Below are positions 40,783 through 58,731 of a stretch of DNA of 64,000 nucleotides, one piece after another. The DNA is taken from assembly GCA_963816185.1 (NCBI GenBank), contig CAWFJJ010000024.1, positions 160,001-224,000 on the forward strand. The letters run 5' to 3'. Positions within the stretch are counted from its first letter, which is position 1. Each line of letters begins with the position of its first letter. The notes under the pieces are model-generated. The model saw nothing but the letters and a program-made list of their open reading frames with translations, did not search any database and was not told the DNA's origin. The stretch is from Thermoanaerobaculia bacterium (GTDB lineage Bacteria > Acidobacteriota > Thermoanaerobaculia > UBA5066). Made by a program: the position numbers and the translations under genes.

Positions 40783-41610
40783 ATGAGCCAGATCACGATG
40801 AAGGAGCTGCTCGAGGCGGGCGTTCACTTCGGCCACCAGACGAAACGCTGGAACCCGAAGATGAAGAAGTACATCTTCGGCAAGCGCAACGGCATCTACA
40901 TCATCGATCTCCAGAAGACCCTCAAGTGCTTCCGCGAGGCCGCCGCTTTCATCACGGACGTCGCCTCGCAGGGCAAGAACATCCTCTTCGTCGGGACGAA
41001 GCGGCAGGCGCAGGACGCCATCTACGAGGAGGCGAACCGCTGCGGGATGTTCTACGTGAACAACCGCTGGCTCGGCGGCACGCTCACGAACTTCGTGACC
41101 ATTCGAAAGTCGATCAGCCGCCTCAAGGAGATCGAAGCGATGCTCGTGGAGGGGTCGGACGCGATCCTCACGAAGAAAGAACGCATCCAGCTCGACCGGG
41201 AAAAGGCCAAGCTCTCGAAGAACCTCATCGGGATCAAGGAGATGGAGGAGCTGCCGGACGTGCTCTTCGTGATCGACCCGAAAAAGGAGGCGATCGCGGT
41301 GCAGGAGGCCCGGAAACTCAGCATCCCCGTCGTCGCCATCGTCGACACGAACTGCGATCCCGACAGCATCTCGCACGTCATCCCCGGCAACGACGACGCG
41401 ATCCGCGCGATCAAGCTCTTCACGGGCAAGATGGCGGACGCCGTTCTCGAAGGCCTGCACGCCCAGGAAGAGCGTTTCGTGGGCAAGGTCGACCACGCGG
41501 ACGACGAGCCGATGCCCGCCAACTTCCAGGTGACCGATCCCGCTGCGGCAACCGGTGCGAGCAGCGCCGCCCAGAAGCCAGAGGTTCCCGTCGTCCCCGT
41601 CCCGGTCTGA
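40783..41610 (+). CDS. rpsB: 30S ribosomal protein S2
   Basis: [36 protein letters not shown]. Confidence 0.97.
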   Translation: MSQITMKELLEAGVHFGHQTKRWNPKMKKYIFGKRNGIYIIDLQKTLKCFREAAAFITDVASQGKNILFVGTKRQAQDAIYEEANRCGMFYVNNRWLGGTLTNFVTIRKSISRLKEIEAMLVEGSDAILTKKERIQLDREKAKLSKNLIGIKEMEELPDVLFVIDPKKEAIAVQEARKLSIPVVAIVDTNCDPDSISHVIPGNDDAIRAIKLFTGKMADAVLEGLHAQEERFVGKVDHADDEPMPANFQVTDPAAATGASSAAQKPEVPVVPVPV

Positions 41611-41631
41611 ACCTGAATATTCAGAAAGAAC

Positions 41632-41673
41632 GGGGGCCGGCAGGAGGATGCGCTTCTCCCGCCGGCCCCTTTT
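41632..41673 (+). terminator. Intrinsic terminator/attenuator hairpin between rpsB and tsf
   Basis: GGGGCCGGC..GCCGGCCCC stem followed by TTTT. Confidence 0.6.
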
Positions 41674-41690
41674 GACGTAAGAGGTACCCC

Positions 41691-42608
41691 ATGGCGATTT
41701 CCGCAGTGATGGTCAAGATGCTCCGCGAGAAGACGGGCGCCGGAATGCTCGATTGCAAGCGCGCGCTCGAGGAGTCGAACGGCAACATGGAGGAGGCCGA
41801 GAAGATCCTCCGCAAGAAGGGCCTGGCCGCCGCAGCCAAGAAGGCCGGCCGCGTGGCCGCCGAAGGTCTCATCGGCTACCACGTGGAGCCCGCCCTGACG
41901 GCCCTCGTCGAGCTGAACTGCGAGACGGACTTCGTCGCGCGGACGGACGCGTTCAAGAAGGCGCGCCACGTCCTCGCCGAGCTCGTGTTCCACACGGCGT
42001 CGCTCGGAGACACGGCCGAAGGAGACGTCGAGCTGCTGAAGGCTCTCCCGGCGCCGAAGCACCTCCCGTATGCGACGGGAACCGTCGCCGAGTCGCTCCA
42101 GGCCTTCACGGCCGAGACGGGGGAGAACACGCAGCTTCGCCGCTGGGCGCGCCTCGTGGCCGCACCGGGTTCCGCGCTCACCCTCTACGCGCATCCCGGC
42201 GACAAGACGGTGGTCGTCGTCGAGACGAAGGGCATGGACGAGACGCTCGGGAAGGACCTCGCGATGCACGTGGCCGCCCTGGCGCCGCAGTTCGCGAACC
42301 GGAACGGCGTGTCGCCCAAGGCGCTCGCCGAAGAGCGCGAAATCGCGCGCGCGAAGGCGGTCGCCGCCGGCAAGCCCGAGGCCGTCGCCGACAAGATGGT
42401 CGAGGGCATGATCGGGAAGTGGTACGGCGAGGTCGTGCTTCTCGACCAGGCCTTCGCGAAGGACGACAGCAAGAAGGTGTCCCAGGTCATCGCCGAGCGC
42501 GCGGGCAAGGACGCTTCCGTCGTCCGCTTCGTGCGCTTCAAGGTGGGCGAGGGCATCGAGAGAAAAGGCGGAGACTTCGCAGCCGAAGTCGCCGCGCTGG
42601 CCAAGTGA
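41691..42608 (+). CDS. tsf: Elongation factor Ts
   Basis: [42 protein letters not shown]. Confidence 0.96.
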   Translation: MAISAVMVKMLREKTGAGMLDCKRALEESNGNMEEAEKILRKKGLAAAAKKAGRVAAEGLIGYHVEPALTALVELNCETDFVARTDAFKKARHVLAELVFHTASLGDTAEGDVELLKALPAPKHLPYATGTVAESLQAFTAETGENTQLRRWARLVAAPGSALTLYAHPGDKTVVVVETKGMDETLGKDLAMHVAALAPQFANRNGVSPKALAEEREIARAKAVAAGKPEAVADKMVEGMIGKWYGEVVLLDQAFAKDDSKKVSQVIAERAGKDASVVRFVRFKVGEGIERKGGDFAAEVAALAK

Positions 42609-42612
42609 AAAC

Positions 42613-43335
42613 GTGGAAGCCCGCTACCGCCGGGTCCTGCTGAAGCTCTCCGGGGAGGCGCTCCTCGGCAGCCAGTCCTTCGGCATCGAGCCGGCGGTCG
42701 TCGAGCGCCTCGCCGACGAGATCGCCGAGGTGGCGCGCCTGGGCGTCGAGGTGGCCATCGTCATCGGCGGCGGGAACATCATCCGCGGCGTCTCGGCGGA
42801 GACGCAGGGCATCGACCGCGTCACGGGCGACAACATGGGGATGCTCGCGACGGTCATCAACGCGCTCGCGCTGCAGGACGCGCTCGAGAAGCGCAACGTG
42901 CACACGCGTGTCATGACGGCGTTCGAGGTGCGCGCGGTCGCCGAGCCTTTCATCCGGCGCCGGGCGATCCGGCACCTCGAGAAGAAGCGCTGCGTCATCT
43001 TCGCGGGCGGAACGGGCAATCCGTACTTCACGACGGACTCGGCCGCTGCGCTGCGCGCGAACGAGATCCGGGCCGAGGTCATCCTGAAAGCGACGCGCGT
43101 AGACGGCATTTTCACCGCCGACCCGAAGAAGGATCCGAAGGCGGTTTTCCTGCCGCGGGTGACGTACCAGGACGTGCTCGAGAAGCGGCTGGGGGTCATG
43201 GACGCCACCGCGATCGCCCTCTGTCGGGACAACAAGGTGCCCATTCGCGTCTTCAGCCTCCTCGTGCCCGGGAACATCCGGAGGGTCGTCCTCGGAGAGC
43301 CGGTCGGGAGCGTGGTGGACGCCGTGAAGGCCTGA
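42613..43335 (+). CDS. pyrH: UMP kinase
   Basis: [34 protein letters not shown]. Confidence 0.97.
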   Translation: MEARYRRVLLKLSGEALLGSQSFGIEPAVVERLADEIAEVARLGVEVAIVIGGGNIIRGVSAETQGIDRVTGDNMGMLATVINALALQDALEKRNVHTRVMTAFEVRAVAEPFIRRRAIRHLEKKRCVIFAGGTGNPYFTTDSAAALRANEIRAEVILKATRVDGIFTADPKKDPKAVFLPRVTYQDVLEKRLGVMDATAIALCRDNKVPIRVFSLLVPGNIRRVVLGEPVGSVVDAVKA

Positions 43336-43365
43336 TTCACCGGGCCGGGCGAAGGAGCCGAGAAC

Positions 43366-43929
43366 ATGCCGACGATTGCCGAGATCAAGAAGGAAACCGA
43401 ACGACGCATGCACGCCACCCTCGACGCGCTCAAGACCGAGCTGAAGCACCTGCGCACGGGCCGCGCGTCCGTCGGGATCCTCGAGGGCATTCTCGTGGAG
43501 TACTACGGCACGCCGACTCCGCTGAACCAGGTCGCGAACCTCTCGGCGCCGGACGCGACGCTGCTCCTCGCGTCTCCCTGGGAGCCTTCGCTCTGTCCGG
43601 CCATCGAGAAGGCCATCCGGACGAGCGACCTCGGCCTGAACCCGTCCTCGGACGGAAAGGTCGTGCGCATCCCCGTCCCGCAGCCGACGGAAGAGCGACG
43701 CAAGGAGATCGTCAAGAAGGCTCACGGCTTCGCCGAGCACGCGCGGGTGGAGATCCGTCATCATCGCCACGAGGGAAACGACGCGATCAAGAAAGAATCG
43801 AAGACTTCCGGGATCTCGGCCGACGACGAGAAACGCGCTCTCGACGATGTGCAGAAGATGACCGACAAGAATATCGCCGAAGTGGACCACGTTCTGAAGA
43901 CCAAGGAAGCGGAAGTCCTCGCGCGGTGA
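43366..43929 (+). CDS. frr: Ribosome recycling factor
   Basis: LRTGRAS, VEYYG, IEKAI..SDLGLNP, TEERRKE. Confidence 0.96.
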   Translation: MPTIAEIKKETERRMHATLDALKTELKHLRTGRASVGILEGILVEYYGTPTPLNQVANLSAPDATLLLASPWEPSLCPAIEKAIRTSDLGLNPSSDGKVVRIPVPQPTEERRKEIVKKAHGFAEHARVEIRHHRHEGNDAIKKESKTSGISADDEKRALDDVQKMTDKNIAEVDHVLKTKEAEVLAR

Positions 43930-44603
43930 CTCTCGCGACGGCGTTGATCCCTGCCGCGGGCTTCGGAACCCGCTTTCACGAGGGCGGGCCGAAGGCGCTC
44001 GTCCCGCTTGCGGGGCGGCCCATGCTCCTGCACGCGCTCGAGCGCCTCGTCGCGTCGAAACGCGTGCGCGGGGCCGTGATCGCGATCTCACCGGGTCACG
44101 CAGACGTTTTCCGGAAAGTCCTCGCGAACTCACCGGTCCCCTGCACGCTCGTCGACGGTGGCGTGACGCGGCGTGAGTCCGTCGCGCGTGCTTTCGCGGC
44201 CGCGCAGTTCGAGAGCGACGACGACCTCGTCCTCGTCCACGATGCCGCCCGCCCGCTCGTCGATCCCGTCGAAGTGGCGGCCGTCGTGGACGCGGCGGCG
44301 AAGACTGGGGCCGCCATTGCGGGCTACTCGATCGTCGAGACGGTCAAGCGCGTCACCGGCGGAACCGTGGGCGGAACCGTCCCGCGGGGCGACCTCTTCG
44401 CGGCCACGACGCCGCAGGTGTTCCGCGTCGGCCTCTTCCGGTCCGCCGTGGCGAAAGAGGGCGGACCCGAAGCCACCGACGACGCCGAGCTCGTGGAGAG
44501 AACGGGCGGCACCGTGACCGTCGTCCTCACGTCGCGCTGGAACATCAAGATCACCTACCCCGAAGACCTCGCGTGGGCCGAGGCCTTTCTCGCCCGTGTC
44601 TAG
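43926..44603 (+). CDS. ispD: 2-C-methyl-D-erythritol 4-phosphate cytidylyltransferase
   Basis: IPAAGFGTR, GGVTRRESV, VLVHDAARP, TPQVF, TDD, NIKITYPEDL. Confidence 0.94.
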   Translation: MTLATALIPAAGFGTRFHEGGPKALVPLAGRPMLLHALERLVASKRVRGAVIAISPGHADVFRKVLANSPVPCTLVDGGVTRRESVARAFAAAQFESDDDLVLVHDAARPLVDPVEVAAVVDAAAKTGAAIAGYSIVETVKRVTGGTVGGTVPRGDLFAATTPQVFRVGLFRSAVAKEGGPEATDDAELVERTGGTVTVVLTSRWNIKITYPEDLAWAEAFLARV

Positions 44604-44606
44604 AGC

Positions 44607-45083
44607 ATGAGGATCGGGCACGGCTTCGACGCGCATCCTTTCGCGGCCGGGCGCCCGTGCGTCCTCGGCGGCATCACGATTCCCTCGGACGCCGGGCCCG
44701 TCGGGCACTCGGACGGGGACGTCGTGCTGCATGCCCTCGCAAGCGCGCTCCTCGGTGCGGCCGCCGCAGGAGACCTCGGCTCGGTCTTCGGCACGGATCG
44801 CCCGGAGTGGAAGAGCGCGACGGGTGAGGCGTTCGTGCGCCACGTGCGCGAGCTGACGGACCATCCGGAAATCGAGAACGTGGACGTGACGATTCTCGCG
44901 GCGCGGCCCCTCATCGCGGAGCACCGCGATGCTATGCGCACGAACATCGCGGCGCTTCTCGGCACGTCCGTCGACCGCGTCTCCGTCAAGGCTTCGTCGG
45001 GCAACGGCCTCACCGACTTCGGCCGCGGCGTGGGCGTGGCGGCGACGGTCCTCGTCCTCGTCGCCGGCGACACGGCCGAGTGA
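44607..45083 (+). CDS. ispF: 2-C-methyl-D-erythritol 2,4-cyclodiphosphate synthase
   Basis: RIGHGFDAH, GHSDGDVVLHA, GDLG, NVDVTI, VSVKA. Confidence 0.94.
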   Translation: MRIGHGFDAHPFAAGRPCVLGGITIPSDAGPVGHSDGDVVLHALASALLGAAAAGDLGSVFGTDRPEWKSATGEAFVRHVRELTDHPEIENVDVTILAARPLIAEHRDAMRTNIAALLGTSVDRVSVKASSGNGLTDFGRGVGVAATVLVLVAGDTAE

Positions 45084-45811
45084 TCGTCTCCGGTTTCCAT
45101 CCGGTGCGCGAGGTCCTCGAGCGCCGGCCGCGCTCCGTCGAGGCTCTTCTCGTGCAGCGGGGCCGCAAGGACGCGCGTGCCGCGGAAATCGAGGAGCTGG
45201 CGCGGGGGAAGGGCGTCTCCGTCCGGATCGTCGCGAAGGAGGAGCTCGACCGTGCCGCGGGACGCGCGCACAACGGCGTCGCGGCACGCGTCGCGGAACG
45301 CGACTACGACACCGTGGAGGAGTGCCTCGCGGGGGAGAAGGGGAGCCGCTGCGTCCTGTTTCTCGACGAGGTGACCGATCCCGGCAACCTGGGATCGGTC
45401 CTCAGGACCGCAGCCGCCGCCGGAGCCGCGGTCATCCTGACCGAGCGCCATTCCGCCGGACTCAATGAGACCGTGTCGAAGGCGTCGGCCGGAGCGCTGG
45501 AGCGCGTGAAGGTCGGCAGGGTCGTCAACGCGGCCCGCTTCCTCTCGGAGACGAAGGCGGCCGGCTTCTGGGTGTTCGGGGCTGCCGCAGAGGGTGAAAA
45601 CCTTTACAGCGTAGACATTTCCGGCGACGTGGTCCTCTGCCTCGGCTCGGAGGGAACCGGTCTCAGGCGGCTCACGAAGGAATCTTGCGATCGATTGATT
45701 TCCATACCGATGCGTCCGGGAGCCGGCTCGCTCAACGTGGCGGTGGCCGCTGGGGTTCTCGCATTTGAATGGGTGAGGCGCCGGATCTCGCCGGAGCGTA
45801 GCCCGGCATGA
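45080..45811 (+). CDS. rlmB: 23S rRNA (Gm2251) 2'-O-methyltransferase, SpoU family
   Basis: HNGVAA, LDEVTDPGNLG, KASAGALE, GSEGTGLR, SLNVAVA. Confidence 0.92.
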   Translation: MIVSGFHPVREVLERRPRSVEALLVQRGRKDARAAEIEELARGKGVSVRIVAKEELDRAAGRAHNGVAARVAERDYDTVEECLAGEKGSRCVLFLDEVTDPGNLGSVLRTAAAAGAAVILTERHSAGLNETVSKASAGALERVKVGRVVNAARFLSETKAAGFWVFGAAAEGENLYSVDISGDVVLCLGSEGTGLRRLTKESCDRLISIPMRPGAGSLNVAVAAGVLAFEWVRRRISPERSPA

Positions 45812-45818
45812 AAATAGC

Positions 45819-45848
45819 TTGACGCACCTCGAATCGGGCTGGTATAAA
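45819..45848 (+). promoter_or_regulatory. Sigma70-type promoter of the tRNA-secE-nusG operon
   Basis: TTGACG-18 nt-TATAAA with an extended -10 TG. Confidence 0.65.
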
Positions 45849-45947
45849 CCGTGGTTCGCGCCTTTGCCGAGGTGCGCGAAGCCATGCCACCGCTTCAGTT
45901 ACCAGTCCGGGTCGCACGGTCGAGCCCTCTTCGGCGGGAACGAGAAT

Positions 45948-46023
45948 GCTGGCGTAGCTCAATGGGTAGAGCAGCCGATTTGTAATCGGCAGGTTGCGGG
46001 TTCGAGTCCCATCGCCAGCTCCA
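45948..46023 (+). tRNA. tRNA-Thr(TGT)
   Basis: Cloverleaf; anticodon arm GCCGA-TTTGTAA-TCGGC; TTCGA T-loop; encoded CCA. Confidence 0.95.
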
Positions 46024-46072
46024 GGGTGAGCCTCCGAGGGCCGGAGATCGGGATCGACGAAGAACGGGGAGC

Positions 46073-46161
46073 GGGCAGATGGCCGAGCGGTTAATGGCAG
46101 CAGACTGTAAATCTGCCGCACCTTGCGTGCTACGGGGGTTCGAATCCCTCTCTGCCCACCA
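46073..46161 (+). tRNA. tRNA-Tyr(GTA)
   Basis: GCAGA-CTGTAAA-TCTGC; long variable arm; encoded CCA. Confidence 0.95.
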
Positions 46162-46210
46162 TCTTTCGCGGCGCGAAAGATGGTGGACAGCTGCCGGCTA
46201 TTTTTTTCTC

Positions 46211-46237
46211 GGGGGTACTGTCCCCCCGAACCCCCCC
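46211..46237 (-). repeat. G-tract hairpin repeat, copy 3
   Basis: Reverse strand reads GGGGGGGTTCGGGGGGACAGTACCCCC. Confidence 0.55.
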
Positions 46238-46255
46238 ACAGGAAAAAGTACGCCG

Positions 46256-46331
46256 GCCCACGTAGCTCAGTTGGTAGAGCACGTCCTTGGTAAGGACGGG
46301 GTCAGCAGTTCAAATCTGCTCGTGGGCTCCA
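46256..46331 (+). tRNA. tRNA-Thr(GGT)
   Basis: Anticodon loop TTGGTAA; acceptor stem GCCCACG/CGTGGGC; encoded CCA. Confidence 0.95.
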
Positions 46332-46346
46332 GCTACGTTTTCTCCA

Positions 46347-46381
46347 GGGGGAACCCGGGGGTCGGGTTCCCCCAAGCCCCC
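46347..46381 (-). repeat. G-tract hairpin repeat, copy 4
   Basis: Reverse strand reads GGGGGCTTGGGGGAACCCGACCCCCGGGTTCCCCC. Confidence 0.55.
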
Positions 46382-46418
46382 TCCGCACCAATCGCTCACT
46401 TCTTCACGGCTTCCTTTC

Positions 46419-46493
46419 GCGGGAGTAACTCAGGGGTAGAGTCACAGCCTTCCAAGCTGTTGGTCGCGGGTTCGAATCCCGTCTCCCGCTCCA
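46419..46493 (+). tRNA. tRNA-Gly(TCC)
   Basis: ACAGC-CTTCCAA-GCTGT; acceptor stem GCGGGAG/CTCCCGC; encoded CCA. Confidence 0.95.
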
Positions 46494-46516
46494 AGAGCTT
46501 CTTTCGACCTTCTCAC

Positions 46517-46594
46517 AGGGGTGTAGCTCCAACTGGCTAGAGCGGCGGTCTCCAAAACCGTAGGTTCGGGGTTCGAATCCCCGCACCCCTGCCA
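46517..46594 (+). tRNA. tRNA-Trp(CCA)
   Basis: GCGGT-CTCCAAA-ACCGT; acceptor stem AGGGGTG/CACCCCT; directly upstream of secE. Confidence 0.95.
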
Positions 46595-46668
46595 AAGGCC
46601 GCACGGACCGCACGACGACCAACGAACGAAGTTGACGAGACCAGGAACTTGAGGACGAAGAAAAAGAC

Positions 46669-46881
46669 ATGAACCCGATCGAGCGTTGGCATCACTTTCG
46701 CGGCTTTCTCTCCGAGGTCAAGAAGGAATCGGGAAAGGTCTCGTGGCCCGGCCGTGAAGAGGTCGTCGGCACGACCACCGTCGTCATCATCTCCACGGCG
46801 ATCTTCGGGATCTTCCTGTTTCTCGTGGACGCGGCCGTGACGCCGCTCGTGAACAAGCTCTTCGCGGCTTTCGGCAGCTGA
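46669..46881 (+). CDS. secE: Preprotein translocase subunit SecE
   Basis: FLSEVKKESGKVSWP plus one TM helix; position before nusG. Confidence 0.93.
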   Translation: MNPIERWHHFRGFLSEVKKESGKVSWPGREEVVGTTTVVIISTAIFGIFLFLVDAAVTPLVNKLFAAFGS

Positions 46882-46902
46882 CGACATAAGGACAGGCACA
46901 CC

Positions 46903-47490
46903 GTGAGCACCACCGACCCGCAGGATCAGACGACCGCCGCCCCGGCTCCCGCCGCGGTGCCGATGGACTGGTTCATCGTCCACACGTATTCGGGGTTCGA
47001 GGACCGCGTCGTTCTCGAGCTGACGAACCGCATCAAGGCCCTCGGCATGGAGGCCCACTTCGGCGAGATCCGCGTGCCGAAGGAGACGGTCGTCGAGATG
47101 AAGGCCGGGAAGCGCCGCAACGTCGAGCGGAAATTCTTCCCGGGCTACGTCCTCGTCCAGATGGAGATGTCCGACGAGACCTGGCACCTCGTGCGCAACA
47201 CGCCGAAGGTGACCGGCTTCGTGGGCGGCTCCTCGAAGGCGCCCGTCCCGCTCACGCGGGAGGAGGTGGATTCGATCCTCCACCACACCGCCGAGTCGAA
47301 GGAGAAGCCGAAGCCGCGTTACGTCTACGAGCGCGGCGAGCAGGTGAAGATCACCGACGGCCCCTTCAAGGAGTTCACGGGGCTCGTCGAGGACATCAAC
47401 CTCGAGCGCTCCACGCTCCGCGTCCTCGTCACCATCTTCGGCCGGCCGACGCCGGTTGAGCTCGAATTCGTCCAGGTTCAGAAACTGTAA
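46903..47490 (+). CDS. nusG: Transcription termination/antitermination factor NusG
   Basis: [31 protein letters not shown] domain [14 protein letters not shown]. Confidence 0.97.
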   Translation: MSTTDPQDQTTAAPAPAAVPMDWFIVHTYSGFEDRVVLELTNRIKALGMEAHFGEIRVPKETVVEMKAGKRRNVERKFFPGYVLVQMEMSDETWHLVRNTPKVTGFVGGSSKAPVPLTREEVDSILHHTAESKEKPKPRYVYERGEQVKITDGPFKEFTGLVEDINLERSTLRVLVTIFGRPTPVELEFVQVQKL

Positions 47491-47499
47491 GGAAGAGAC

Positions 47500-47925
47500 A
47501 TGGCAAAGAAAGTAACCGGTTACGTGAAGCTCCAGATCGAGGCGGGGAAGGCCACGCCCGCCCCGCCCGTGGGCACGGCGCTCGGCCCGCAGGGCGTCAA
47601 CATCATGGACTTCTGCAAGGCCTTCAACGCGAAGACCGCGAAGGACGCGGGGCTCATCATCCCCGTCGTCGTCACGGTCTTTTCGGACCGGTCTTACTCC
47701 TTCATCACGAAGACGCCCCCGGCGTCCGTGCTGCTGAAGAAGGCGGCGAAGCTCGAGAAGGGCTCGGGCGTGCCGAACAAGACGAAGGTCGGAAAAGTCA
47801 CGAAAAAACAGGTCGAGGAGATCGCGAAGCTCAAGCTCGTCGACCTGAACACCGTCGATCTCGCCGCCGCCGTCAAGTCGGTGGAGGGAACGGCCCGATC
47901 CATGGGAATCGAGGTCGTCGGCTGA
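47500..47925 (+). CDS. rplK: 50S ribosomal protein L11
   Basis: [30 protein letters not shown]. Confidence 0.97.
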   Translation: MAKKVTGYVKLQIEAGKATPAPPVGTALGPQGVNIMDFCKAFNAKTAKDAGLIIPVVVTVFSDRSYSFITKTPPASVLLKKAAKLEKGSGVPNKTKVGKVTKKQVEEIAKLKLVDLNTVDLAAAVKSVEGTARSMGIEVVG

Positions 47926-48059
47926 CGCCGCGACCAAGAGGCGGAAGCCTCCCGCGCCGGGCCTCTCCCGGCGTGCGGCCCGACGGTGCCCGGGATGCCT
48001 CCCGGGGCTTCTCACCGGCGGTCCCGAAGGGGCGCGACCGACTCCGGAGTAGAAACATC

Positions 48060-48767
48060 ATGAGTGGCAAGAAATTCACCGCGGCCGCCGCGAAAGTCGA
48101 CAAGGCGAAGGTCTACGACGTGCCTCAGGCCGTCGCCCTCGTCAAGTCGGCGGCGTTCGCCAAGTTCAACGAGACGGTCGAGATCGCGCTGCGACTCGGA
48201 GTCGATCCCAAGCACGCGGACCAGATGGTGCGCGGCACGGTCGTGCTCCCGCACGGGCTCGGCAAGACGACCCGGGTCGCCGTCGTCGCCTCGGGCGAGA
48301 AGATCAAGGAAGCCGAAGCGGCCGGCGCCGATCTCGTAGGAGGCGACGACCTCGTCGCGAAGATCCAGGGCGGCATGATCGATTTCGAGGCGCTCGTCGC
48401 GACGCCGGACATGATGAAGTCGCTCGGCCGCCTCGGCAAGATCCTCGGGCCTCGCGGCCTGATGCCGAACCCGAAGGCCGGCACCGTCACATTCGACGTC
48501 GCGAAGGCCGTCACGGAGCTCAAGGCCGGCAAGATCGAGTTCCGCGTCGACAAGACCGCCATCATCCACGTGCCGGTCGGAAAGATCTCGTTCGGCGAGA
48601 AGCAGCTCGCCGAGAACACCGAGGCGCTTCTCACCGCGGTTCAGAAGGCGAAGCCGGCGACCGCCAAGGGCAAGTACATGCGCTCGGTCGTTCTCTCGTC
48701 GACGATGGGCCCCGGCGTCGCGGTCGATCCTTCCGCCGCCGAGAAGCTCGTCGGAAAGGGAGTCTGA
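48060..48767 (+). CDS. rplA: 50S ribosomal protein L1
   Basis: [40 protein letters not shown]. Confidence 0.97.
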   Translation: MSGKKFTAAAAKVDKAKVYDVPQAVALVKSAAFAKFNETVEIALRLGVDPKHADQMVRGTVVLPHGLGKTTRVAVVASGEKIKEAEAAGADLVGGDDLVAKIQGGMIDFEALVATPDMMKSLGRLGKILGPRGLMPNPKAGTVTFDVAKAVTELKAGKIEFRVDKTAIIHVPVGKISFGEKQLAENTEALLTAVQKAKPATAKGKYMRSVVLSSTMGPGVAVDPSAAEKLVGKGV

Positions 48768-48768
48768 C

Positions 48769-49314
48769 GTGACCGCAACCCGCTCCGCCAAGAACGAAGA
48801 GATCCAGCAGCTCCAGGGCACGGTCGCGAAGGCCGCCCACGCTTTCCTCATCGACTACAAGGGCCTGACCGTCCCGGCCGTCACGGACCTGCGCCGCCAG
48901 ATCAAGGGAGCGAACTCGGGCTACGTCGTCGTCAAGAACACGCTCGCGCTCCGGGCTCTCGAAGGCAAGCCCCTCGGCTCCCTCAAGGAGCACTTCACCG
49001 GGATGACGGGCGTCGCGTACAGCCAGACCGACGTCGTCGCGCTCGCGAAAGTGCTGCACACGTTCGGCAAGACGAACCCCAACCTGAAGGTCAAGGCCGC
49101 CCTTCTCGACGGCAAGCCCGTCGCGGCGAAGGAGCTCGAGACCCTCGCGAACCTGCCCTCGCGCCTCGAGCTCGTCGGCAGGCTCCTCGGCCTCATGCAG
49201 TCGCCCCTGCGGCGCCTCGTGACGGTCCTGTCCGCCCCGCATCGCAACGTCGCGGCGACGCTCGCGGCGATCTCGAAACAAAAAGCCACCGCAACCAAAG
49301 AATCCGCGGCCTAA
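48769..49314 (+). CDS. rplJ: 50S ribosomal protein L10
   Basis: DYKGLTV, VVKNTLA, LANLPSR. Confidence 0.96.
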   Translation: MTATRSAKNEEIQQLQGTVAKAAHAFLIDYKGLTVPAVTDLRRQIKGANSGYVVVKNTLALRALEGKPLGSLKEHFTGMTGVAYSQTDVVALAKVLHTFGKTNPNLKVKAALLDGKPVAAKELETLANLPSRLELVGRLLGLMQSPLRRLVTVLSAPHRNVAATLAAISKQKATATKESAA

Positions 49315-49338
49315 CGCCGAAGAATCAGGAGAAGAACC

Positions 49339-49719
49339 ATGGCTCTCACCGTTGAAACTTTCATCAAGGAAATCGAGTCGATGTCGGTCCTCGAGCTCAA
49401 CGGGCTCGTGAAGGCCCTCGAGGAGAAGTTCGGCGTGTCCGCCGCGATGATGGCCGCCCCGGCGGCGGCTGCGGGCGCCGCCCCGGCCGCCGCCGCCGCC
49501 GAGGAGCAGACCGAGTTCACGGTCGTTCTCAAGGAAGCCGGCGCGAACAAGATCAACGTCATCAAAGCCGTTCGCGAGGTCAACAGCTCGCTCGGTCTCA
49601 AGGAAGCGAAGGATCTCGTCGAAAATCTCGGGACGGTCAAGGAGGGCATCTCCAAGGACGAGGCCGCCTCGATCAAGAAGAAGTTCGAGGACGCGGGAGC
49701 GAAGGTCACGATCAAGTAA
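49339..49719 (+). CDS. rplL: 50S ribosomal protein L7/L12
   Basis: [37 protein letters not shown]. Confidence 0.97.
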   Translation: MALTVETFIKEIESMSVLELNGLVKALEEKFGVSAAMMAAPAAAAGAAPAAAAAEEQTEFTVVLKEAGANKINVIKAVREVNSSLGLKEAKDLVENLGTVKEGISKDEAASIKKKFEDAGAKVTIK

Positions 49720-49803
49720 CCCTCCCAATCCTTCGTTCTTCGCCGCCCCCATCGCGCGCCTCATTCCCCGGCCTGCGCGCGGCCACGAGAGGGACCTGAC
49801 CCA

Positions 49804-54078
<4,275 letters not shown>

Positions 54079-54093
54079 GGAGAAGAGAGTCAC

Positions 54094-58317
<4,224 letters not shown>

Positions 58318-58456
58318 AGAGGGAGACGAGAGAAGAAGAGAGAAAGAAGAAGACGAAGATTTTCTTCGAATAGGAAGAGCGCCGGATCCATAGCCGCTCG
58401 CTTCACTCGATCGCGCGGCGGTCGCCCGCAGCCCTATTGACGTCTAAGAAATCTCC

Positions 58457-58484
58457 GGGGCCGGCGAAAGCCGGCCTCTTTTCT
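58457..58484 (+). terminator. Intrinsic terminator downstream of rpoC
   Basis: GGGGCCGGC-GAAA-GCCGGCCTC followed by TTTTCT. Confidence 0.7.
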
Positions 58485-58731
58485 CTCTAGCTCCCGCCCC
58501 GAATCGAGCCGTAAGGTTTTCGGACGCCGACCGATTCTCTGACACTTCTCGCGCGCGTCCCCGTCCGTCTTCTTTTCGAGCCTGCCCGGTAACTGCTTGG
58601 CCTGTAACCCTCGAGGCTCTCGTGTCGCCCGCGGGTCGCCGCGACGTCTCTTGGCAGCCCGCCTGCATTGCTCCCTTCATCGGATGGCTTTCTCCCCTGT
58701 ATCGCGGCGCCCACCGGCGCAAGGGGTACGT

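Noticed and set aside
45819-46670. Short ORFs across the tRNA cluster
   Set aside because: They overlap five clear tRNA genes and have no protein-like features.
47973-48059. N-terminal extension of RplA
   Set aside because: Homology starts at ATG 48060, which has a GGAG upstream; the extension runs through hairpin-rich spacer.
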